This document shows positions 39,482 to 46,174 of a DNA stretch of 64,000 bases, in pieces. A model generated the notes under the pieces. It was given only the letters and a program-made list of their open reading frames with translations. It ran no database searches and had not been told where the DNA came from. The translations under genes were made by a program, and so were the position numbers. Source of the DNA: Bacteroidales bacterium (GTDB lineage Bacteria > Bacteroidota > Bacteroidia > Bacteroidales > UBA1402); NCBI GenBank assembly GCA_017468435.1, contig JAFUIP010000007.1, forward strand, positions 33,762-97,761, given 5' to 3'. Numbering within the stretch: position 1 is the stretch's first letter; every line of letters begins with the position of its first letter.

Positions 39482-40060
39482 TTATTGCTTGGTTATCAGG
39501 TATTTAATTCCGTTTTCTTTACCGCAGACATAGTTACATGGCGCGCCTCCTTTGTGAATGAGGCAAGACAGGAACAGCGGCTCGTTCTCGATGAATTGTC
39601 CGCAACGGAAGGTGTCTTTCTTGCAAAGTTTGCTATTGATGGATTCAAGTACGGTGAAGAGCTCGTGGCCTTCGTAGCGTATCAGTATGCTGCGGTCGGG
39701 ATTCCACTTAATGCGTATTTCTGTGCCGACTCTGAGTGAATTGGCATACAATTGGTTGTTGAGGATGAAATCGCTCTCGATGGAATTGGTCTGGCTCGAA
39801 TATTGAAGGAAACTTTCCCAACCGGTGTATCCGATTAACTGAGAAAGAATATTGAGCGTGTCCAAACGAGGTTGTCTGATATTCTTTTTACCCAGATAAC
39901 CCCAGAATCTTTTCAGCGTCATGGCGCTGATGGTGTCTTTTGTTTTATCGTAAATGCACATGGAGAGATAATCGAAATCTCGCGGCGTGTGCATATTTCT
40001 TCCTACGGTCATCTCTACGGAAGGCCGTAGAGATTCAAACACAATTTCAGTATTATCCAT
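39482..40060 (-). CDS. Hypothetical 192-aa protein, first gene of the kinase operon
   Basis: Intact ORF with its own promoter box. The N-terminal segment 'MTLKRFWGYLGKKNIRQPRLDTLNILSQLIGYTGWESF' resembles a small helical module seen at the N-termini of diverse Bacteroidota proteins. The C-terminal domain is unrecognised. Confidence 0.5.
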   Translation of the reverse strand: MDNTEIVFESLRPSVEMTVGRNMHTPRDFDYLSMCIYDKTKDTISAMTLKRFWGYLGKKNIRQPRLDTLNILSQLIGYTGWESFLQYSSQTNSIESDFILNNQLYANSLRVGTEIRIKWNPDRSILIRYEGHELFTVLESINSKLCKKDTFRCGQFIENEPLFLSCLIHKGGAPCNYVCGKENGIKYLITKQ

Positions 40061-40127
40061 CCTTTTTTTGTTATCGTTCTTGTTATTGAATGGTCTCTTT
40101 GTTAAAGAGGCAAAGGCGATGAAGTTG

Positions 40128-40135
40128 CAAAAATA
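40128..40135 (-). promoter_or_regulatory. -7 promoter box (TATTTTTG on the minus strand) for the 192-aa/kinase operon
   Basis: Exact TAnnTTTG match, about 68 nt upstream of the ATG at 40060. The leader contains a CTCTTT/AAAGAG hairpin. Confidence 0.4.
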
Positions 40136-40189
40136 GTTAATGGAATGGAAAAATCTGTAGAAAAATGTTAAAGTGTACCAAAATGTACC

Positions 40190-40234
40190 AATTTAAAAAT
40201 AAAATAAGCAGCTACAACATCGTTGTAACTGCTT
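40190..40234 (-). terminator. Rho-independent terminator of tRNA-Val
   Basis: 13-bp stem (AAGCAGUUACAAC / GUUGUAGCUGCUU, one G-U pair) followed by a U-rich tract on the minus strand. Confidence 0.7.
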
Positions 40235-40241
40235 GATTGTG

Positions 40242-40316
40242 TGGGCGCTGACGGATTCGAACCGCCGACCCTCTGCTTGTAAGGCAGATGCTCTGAACCA
40301 GCTGAGCTAAGCGCCC
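40242..40316 (-). tRNA. tRNA-Val (anticodon TAC)
   Basis: The reverse complement folds as a cloverleaf: acceptor GGGCGCT/AGCGCCC, anticodon arm TCTGC-CTTACAA-GCAGA, T-arm GGCGGTTCGAATCCGTC. CCA is not encoded. Confidence 0.9.
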
Positions 40317-40343
40317 TAAGTGTTTTTCTTTCGAAAAGCGGTG

Positions 40344-40351
40344 CAAAGATA
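40344..40351 (-). promoter_or_regulatory. -7 promoter box (TATCTTTG on the minus strand) for tRNA-Val
   Basis: Exact TAnnTTTG match, 28 nt before the tRNA 5' end. This is the same spacing as at the other tRNA. Confidence 0.5.
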
Positions 40352-40433
40352 CGGCTAATTTTTATATCTGCAAATTATTTGATGATTTTTTTGAAAAAAA
40401 TTCCGTTTTTGGGGTTGGAAGAAGTCGTTTTTG

Positions 40434-40654
40434 AGGTTTGCACTAATTTTCTCAGCCCTTTGGGCCTCGCAATCAAACCTTGCTATTAGGTTTGCACTAA
40501 TTTTCTCGTCGCTCCGCGCCTCGCAATCAAACCTTGCTCTTATTAGGTTTGCACTAATTTTCTCAGCCCTTTGGGCCTCGCAAACAAATCTTCTTTCGAA
40601 GTTTGCACCAATTTTCTCGGTACTTCGTACCTCGCAAATTAGGCTGCACCTCGG
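40434..40654 (+). repeat. Tandem repeat family A: four units of 54-57 bp (GGTTTGCACTAATTTTCTC + short GC hairpin + CTCGCAA...)
   Basis: Direct reading. Units start at about 40434, 40488, 40545 and 40599. A fifth partial copy forms the purB promoter at 41026..41046. Confidence 0.85.
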
Positions 40655-40708
40655 AAAAACAAAATCGACAACTTGCTTTTATTTCTCCATCTTCTCGCTT
40701 CGATAAAG

Positions 40709-40982
40709 TTTGAAGCAAGAAGCTTCCTTCTATATTTCAGCCTCTGTAAAAACTTGAAGCAAGAGGCTTTTTGCTATATTTCAGCCTCTATAAAAAGCCT
40801 GAGGCAGGCTTTTCGCTATATTTCGCCTCAATAAAGCCGATAGCAAGCTATCTGCTTTATCTTCGGCTTCAATATAGCAAGCTATCCGCTTTACCTCGGC
40901 TTCAATGTAGCAAGCTATCGCTTTATATTCGGCTTCAATATATCCTGATAGCGACTATCGCTTTATATTCGCTCGAATCTGG
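40709..40982 (+). repeat. Tandem repeat family B: about seven degenerate units of 33-46 bp (hairpin + GCT(A/T)TAT(A/T)TTC(A/G)GCCTC(A/T)ATA-like tail)
   Basis: Direct reading. Units start at about 40709, 40754, 40800, 40839, 40877, 40910 and 40947. Confidence 0.8.
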
Positions 40983-41034
40983 AAAATAAAACTTGTTTTA
41001 TTTTGTTCTCCGCTCGGTTTGCACTAATTTTGTA

Positions 41035-41042
41035 CCCCTATT
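41035..41042 (+). promoter_or_regulatory. -7 promoter box (TAATTTTG) for purB
   Basis: Exact TAnnTTTG match, 28 nt upstream of the ATG at 41070, embedded in a family-A repeat head. Confidence 0.5.
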
Positions 41043-41069
41043 TATACAAGGTATATTAATAAGCTTATT

Positions 41070-42416
41070 ATGATGAATTTGAATTCTTTGACTGCCATTA
41101 CTCCCGTTGATGGAAGATATCGCAGTAAAACCGAGGCTCTGGGTAATTATTTTTCTGAATACGCCCTGATTCGTTATCGCGTCCGCGTCGAAGTGGAATA
41201 TTTTATTGCATTGTGCGAAATGCCTCTGCCTCAACTAAAAACCGTTCCCGTAGATCAGTTGGAATCTTTGCGCGACATTTATCGTCATTTCAGTTTGGAC
41301 GATGCTCAGCGCGTGAAGACCATCGAAGCTACCACCAATCACGATGTGAAGGCCGTGGAATATTTTATCAAAGAAGCTTTCGATCGTTTGGGCCTGGCTG
41401 AATACAAGGAATTCATTCATTTCGGATTGACTTCGCAAGATATCAACAATACTTCTGTGCCTTTGTCTATCAAGGAGGCTTTGGAAGATGTGTATTATCC
41501 TGCTTTGCAAGAACTTATCGATTGCTTGGATGCTTATGCGAATGATTGGTCGGATGTGGCTATGTTGGCAAAAACCCATGGTCAGCCGGCTTCTCCCACG
41601 CGTTTGGGTAAGGAAATCAAGGTGTTCGTGTATCGTCTGAACGAGCAGTTGGTTTTGCTCAAACAATTGCCATTCTCTGCCAAGTTCGGTGGTGCTACCG
41701 GAAATTTCAATGCGCATCATGTGGCTTATCCCAACGAAAATTGGCCTGAATTCGGTGCAAAGTTCTTGTCGGAAAAATTAGGCTTGAAGCGCGAAATGTA
41801 CACTACGCAGATTTCTAACTACGATAATCTGGCTGCCATTTTCGACGGCATGAAGCGTATCAACACCATCGTGAAGGACATGAACCGCGACTTCTGGATG
41901 TATATTTCCATGGAGTATTTCAAGCAGAAGATCAAAGCTGGCGAAGTGGGTTCGTCGGCCATGCCTCATAAGGTGAATCCCATCGACTTTGAAAATTCGG
42001 AAGGTAACATCGGCGTAGCCAACGCTTTGCTCGATTATCTGGCTTCGAAATTGCCCGTTTCTCGTTTGCAACGCGACCTTACCGACTCTACCGTGCTTCG
42101 TACCATCGGTATGCCTTTTGCGCATTCGCTCATTGCTTTCACCAGCAGCTTGAAGGGCTTGAAGAAGCTCTTGCTCAACGAAAAAGCATTGCAGGCCGAC
42201 TTGGAAAATCACTGGGCAGTGGTGGCCGAAGGTATCCAAACCATTTTGCGTCGCGAAGCTTATCCCAATCCTTACGAAACCTTGAAGGCTTTGACCCGTA
42301 CCAACGAGGCTATTACGGAAGAATCAATTGCTGCATTTATCGAAACTTTGGATGTTTCAGAGTCTGTGAAGGCCGAGTTGCGCAATATCAAGCCCGATAC
42401 TTATACCGGAATGTAA
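41070..42416 (+). CDS. purB: Adenylosuccinate lyase
   Basis: 'LTAITPVDGRY', 'TSQDINN', 'HGQPASPT' and the fumarate-lyase signature 'GSSAMPHKVNP'. Confidence 0.95.
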   Translation: MMNLNSLTAITPVDGRYRSKTEALGNYFSEYALIRYRVRVEVEYFIALCEMPLPQLKTVPVDQLESLRDIYRHFSLDDAQRVKTIEATTNHDVKAVEYFIKEAFDRLGLAEYKEFIHFGLTSQDINNTSVPLSIKEALEDVYYPALQELIDCLDAYANDWSDVAMLAKTHGQPASPTRLGKEIKVFVYRLNEQLVLLKQLPFSAKFGGATGNFNAHHVAYPNENWPEFGAKFLSEKLGLKREMYTTQISNYDNLAAIFDGMKRINTIVKDMNRDFWMYISMEYFKQKIKAGEVGSSAMPHKVNPIDFENSEGNIGVANALLDYLASKLPVSRLQRDLTDSTVLRTIGMPFAHSLIAFTSSLKGLKKLLLNEKALQADLENHWAVVAEGIQTILRREAYPNPYETLKALTRTNEAITEESIAAFIETLDVSESVKAELRNIKPDTYTGM

Positions 42417-42457
42417 TTTATACTAACCAATATTTTGAAAACTAATTAATTAGAACA

Positions 42458-43840
42458 ATGACAACAGACAACGAAAAATGGCAGGGAAAGCCTGAGGAAG
42501 GTGCCTACAATGCCGGCCGTGAAGGTAATGATTTCCGTAGCAGCTACGGTAGAGAAAGAAGTTTTGATCGTCCCAGACGTAATTTCCGAGAAGGTGGAGA
42601 ACGCTCTTTCGGCGAACGTTCATTTGGTGGTGAACGTCGTCAGCACAATGGAGAACGCTCTTTCGGAGAACGCAGAAGTTTCAACAACGACCGTCCGCGT
42701 CGTAATTTCAATAATGAAGGTGGCGAACGCTCCTTCGGAGGCGAACGTTCTTTCAACAAGGAACGCTCTTTTGGTGGTGAACGTCGTCAGCACAATGGCG
42801 AACGCTCATTTGGAGGTGAACGCTCTTTTGGAGAACGCAGAAGTTTCAACAACGATCGTCCTCGTCGCAGCTTCAACAACGAAGGTGGTGAGCGCTCATT
42901 CGGCGGTGAACGTTCTTTCAACAGAGAACGCTCTTTTAATGGCGAACGCTCATTTGGTGGTGAACGTCGTCAATACAATGGTGAACGCTCATTTGGTGGA
43001 GAACGCAGAAGTTTCAACGGCGATCGCCCTCGTCGTCCCAGAATCGGTGGCAAGAAAGAGAATCCCGAATGGCTGGCCGAAAACAATTTCAAGGCTCCTA
43101 AATATGCGCCCAACCTCGATCCGACAACGCCTATCCGCTTGAACAAATTCTTGTCGAATGCAGGTATTTGCTCACGCCGCGAAGCCGACGAATATATCCA
43201 GGCCGGTGTGGTAAAAGTGAATGGCGAAATCGCTACTGAATTGGGTGTTAAGGTAATGCCTACCGACGAAGTGATGTTCCACGATCAGCCCGTGCGCATC
43301 GAACGCAAAGTGTATGTGTTGCTGAACAAGCCCAAGGATTGCGTGACTACTTCCGAAGATCCTCAAGAACGTCTTACCGTAATGGATTTGGTGAAGAATG
43401 CTTGCTACGAACGTATTTATCCCGTAGGTCGTCTCGACCGCAATACCACCGGCGTGCTGCTCCTTACCAACGATGGTGACTTGGCATCGAAACTGGCTCA
43501 TCCCAAGTACGAAAAGCGTAAAATTTACCAAGCTACCCTCGACAAGGATCTGCCTCAGGAAGTGATGGACGAAATTGCCAAGGGCGTGGATTTGGAAGGT
43601 GAAATGATTGCCATCGACGAAATCAGCTATGTGAACGAAAAGCCCAATGTGATTGGTTTGGAAATTCACTCAGGACAGAATCGTGTGGTTCGTCGTATTT
43701 TCGAAAAATTCGGTTACAAAGTGTATAAACTCGATCGCGTCTATTTTGCAGGTCTGACCAAGAAGAATCTTCCCCGCGGAAAATGGAGACATTTGACAGA
43801 AAGAGAAGTTGGTTTGCTTAAAATGGGCGTATTTGCATAA
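42458..43840 (+). CDS. rluB: RluB/RsuA-family pseudouridine synthase with a ~195-aa repetitive Arg-rich N-terminal extension
   Basis: S4 domain 'IRLNKFLSNAGICSRREADEYIQAGVVKVNG', catalytic 'VGRLDRNTTGVLLLTNDG' and 'KIYQATL'. Confidence 0.85.
   Translation: MTTDNEKWQGKPEEGAYNAGREGNDFRSSYGRERSFDRPRRNFREGGERSFGERSFGGERRQHNGERSFGERRSFNNDRPRRNFNNEGGERSFGGERSFNKERSFGGERRQHNGERSFGGERSFGERRSFNNDRPRRSFNNEGGERSFGGERSFNRERSFNGERSFGGERRQYNGERSFGGERRSFNGDRPRRPRIGGKKENPEWLAENNFKAPKYAPNLDPTTPIRLNKFLSNAGICSRREADEYIQAGVVKVNGEIATELGVKVMPTDEVMFHDQPVRIERKVYVLLNKPKDCVTTSEDPQERLTVMDLVKNACYERIYPVGRLDRNTTGVLLLTNDGDLASKLAHPKYEKRKIYQATLDKDLPQEVMDEIAKGVDLEGEMIAIDEISYVNEKPNVIGLEIHSGQNRVVRRIFEKFGYKVYKLDRVYFAGLTKKNLPRGKWRHLTEREVGLLKMGVFA
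42548..43042 (+). repeat. In-frame coding repeats inside rluB: 14 'ERSF' and 3 'RRSF' micro-units arranged in three larger blocks, each ending in NDRPRR/GDRPRR
   Basis: Counted in the translation. DRPRR occurs at residues 37, 78, 133 and 189. Confidence 0.85.
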
Positions 43841-43852
43841 AATCAGATAATT

Positions 43853-45256
43853 ATGGAAAAAATAAAAAGAACCAAAGTGGTCGATTTGCTGCAACGCAAC
43901 GACTACGGAAGCATGGTAAACGCCAAGGGTTGGGTGCGTACCCGCCGTGGCAACAAGCAAGTGAGTTTCATTGCGCTCAACGACGGTTCTACCATTAATA
44001 ATGTTCAGATTGTAGTGGATTTGGCCATCTTTCCCGAAGAATCCTTGAAAGATATCACCACGGGTGCCTGTATCAGCGTGAACGGCGAATTGACAGCTTC
44101 TCCCGGTAGTGGCCAGGCTGTTGAAATTCAGGCTCGTGAAATCGAAGTGTTGGGTACTTGCGACAATACTTATCCTCTTCAGAAGAAAGGCTGTAGCATG
44201 GAATATCTGCGTAGCATCGCGCATTTGCGTCCGCGTACCAATACTTTCGGTGCTGTGTTGCGTATCCGTCACAATATGGCCATCGCTATTCATCAGTATT
44301 TCCACGAAAGAGGCTTTTTCTATTTCCATACGCCTCTTATCACGGCTTCCGATTGCGAAGGTGCCGGCCAAATGTTCCAGGTGACCACGATGAATCTTTA
44401 CGATTTGAAAAAAGACGAAAATGGTTCTATCATTTACGATAGCGACTTCTTTGGAAAGCAGGCAAGTTTGACGGTTTCAGGACAGTTGGAAGGCGAATTG
44501 GCCGCCACGGCTTTGGGTCAGATTTATACTTTTGGTCCGACTTTCCGTGCTGAAAATTCCAATACGCCTCGTCACTTGGCCGAATTCTGGATGGTTGAAC
44601 CCGAAGTGGCTTTCGCCGACAAAGACGATCTGATGGATTTGGAAGAAGACTTCATTAAATATTGTGTTCGTTGGGCTTTGGACAATTGCAAAGACGATTT
44701 GGAATTCCTCAACAAGATGATTGACAAAGGATTGCTGGAACGTCTTCACAGTGTGGTCGATACCGAATTTGTGCGTTTGCCTTATACCGAAGGTATCGCC
44801 ATTCTGGAAAAAGCCATTGCCAATGGTCAGAAATTTGAATTCCCTGTATATTGGGGTTGCGATCTGGCTTCTGAACACGAACGTTATTTGGTGGAAGAAC
44901 ACTTCAAGAAACCCGTTATCATGACCGATTATCCCAATGAAATCAAGGCTTTCTACATGAAGCAGAATGAAGATGGAAAGACGGTTCAAGGTACCGACGT
45001 TTTGTTCCCGCAAATTGGCGAAATTATTGGTGGAAGCGTGCGTGAAGAAAGCTACGACAAGTTGATGACCCGTATCGAAGAAATGAACATTCCTATGAAG
45101 GATATGTGGTGGTATCTCGACACGCGTCGTTACGGTACATGCCCTCATGCCGGTTTCGGCCTTGGTTTTGAGCGTCTTCTGTTGTTCGTGACGGGTATGT
45201 CGAATATCCGCGACGTGATTCCTTTCCCCAGAACACCGCGCAACGCAGAATTCTAA
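43853..45256 (+). CDS. asnS: Asparagine--tRNA ligase
   Basis: OB-fold N-terminus and class II motifs '[21 protein letters not shown]' and '[15 protein letters not shown]'. Confidence 0.95.
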   Translation: MEKIKRTKVVDLLQRNDYGSMVNAKGWVRTRRGNKQVSFIALNDGSTINNVQIVVDLAIFPEESLKDITTGACISVNGELTASPGSGQAVEIQAREIEVLGTCDNTYPLQKKGCSMEYLRSIAHLRPRTNTFGAVLRIRHNMAIAIHQYFHERGFFYFHTPLITASDCEGAGQMFQVTTMNLYDLKKDENGSIIYDSDFFGKQASLTVSGQLEGELAATALGQIYTFGPTFRAENSNTPRHLAEFWMVEPEVAFADKDDLMDLEEDFIKYCVRWALDNCKDDLEFLNKMIDKGLLERLHSVVDTEFVRLPYTEGIAILEKAIANGQKFEFPVYWGCDLASEHERYLVEEHFKKPVIMTDYPNEIKAFYMKQNEDGKTVQGTDVLFPQIGEIIGGSVREESYDKLMTRIEEMNIPMKDMWWYLDTRRYGTCPHAGFGLGFERLLLFVTGMSNIRDVIPFPRTPRNAEF

Positions 45257-45259
45257 TAG

Positions 45260-46174
45260 GTGAGCAAAATCAAACTCCATATATTGGGTTGTGGTTCGGC
45301 TCTCCCGACCAGCAAACATCACTTATCCTCGCAGGTTCTCGACTTGCGAGGTAAGTTGTTTATGATAGATTGTGGCGAAGGGACGCAGCTTCAGTTTCGC
45401 AAAACGCGGCTCAATTACAACCAGATAAGCGATGTCTTTATTTCGCATTTGCATGGCGACCATTGTTTTGGGCTTATCGGGCTTATTTCTACTTTGAGCC
45501 TTTTGGGCAGAACGGCGCCGCTTCGCGTTCATTCGCATCCCGATTTGGAGGCTTTGCTTCGTCCGCAGATGGATTATTTCTGTCGGGAAAATAAATTCGA
45601 GGTTCAGTTTTTCCCTTTCAATCCGCGTGAGCACGCGCTCATTTACGAAGATCGCAACTGGGAAGTTTATACCTTGCCGCTCATTCATCGCGTGGCTTCG
45701 ACGGGTTTTCTGTTTAAGGAAAAGCCTCGTTTGCCGCACATTATCAAGGATAAAGCCGATTTTTATCAGATTCCGCTCGCGCAATATCCGGCCATCAAAG
45801 CGGGTGCCGATTTCGTCACTTCCGATGGTGAGGTGGTCCCGAATCGTTTTCTTGTGCGCGAGGCTGAGGCGCCCAAATCGTATGCTTATTGTTCCGATAC
45901 GGCTTATAATGAGCAACTTATTCCTTTGTTGAAGGGTGTCCAATATTTGTATCACGAAGCAACCTTCTCTGACGAACATTCTTCTTTGGCGGAATACACG
46001 CAGCATTCAACGGCTTTGCAAGCGGCTAAAATCGCGCAAGCTGCGGGCGTGGAGAATTTGATTCTTGGTCATTACTCGGCGCGTTATCCCGACGAACGTG
46101 TTTTGTTGGATGAGGCTCGTGCTGTGTTTCCTTCTACTTTTGCCGCGCAGGAGGGCGATTGTTATGAGTGGTAA
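45260..46174 (+). CDS. rnz: Ribonuclease Z
   Basis: 'ILGCGSALPT', 'IDCGEGTQ' and 'ISHLHGDHCFGL' (metallo-beta-lactamase HxHxDH). GTG start. Confidence 0.9.
   Translation: MSKIKLHILGCGSALPTSKHHLSSQVLDLRGKLFMIDCGEGTQLQFRKTRLNYNQISDVFISHLHGDHCFGLIGLISTLSLLGRTAPLRVHSHPDLEALLRPQMDYFCRENKFEVQFFPFNPREHALIYEDRNWEVYTLPLIHRVASTGFLFKEKPRLPHIIKDKADFYQIPLAQYPAIKAGADFVTSDGEVVPNRFLVREAEAPKSYAYCSDTAYNEQLIPLLKGVQYLYHEATFSDEHSSLAEYTQHSTALQAAKIAQAAGVENLILGHYSARYPDERVLLDEARAVFPSTFAAQEGDCYEW

Noticed and set aside
40434-40982. A CRISPR array.
   Set aside because: The segments between the conserved cores are themselves homologous between units (not unique spacers). The periods are irregular (33-57 bp), and no cas genes are present in the window.
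40431-40989. ORF-track proteins 40431..40706 (91 aa) and 40771..40989 (72 aa) inside the repeat arrays, considered as ordinary protein-coding genes.
   Set aside because: The first has a TTG start. Neither has a promoter box in a suitable position. Their periodic peptides simply mirror the DNA repeats, and family B unit lengths are not multiples of 3. The frame preservation in family A is still flagged within the family-A finding rather than called as a CDS.
42501-43142. A 213-aa alternative-frame ORF inside the rluB repeat region.
   Set aside because: The open frame is a by-product of the 15-nt periodic repeats. The translation (V/N/A/S-rich) has no features, and the rluB frame continues into conserved S4 and catalytic domains.
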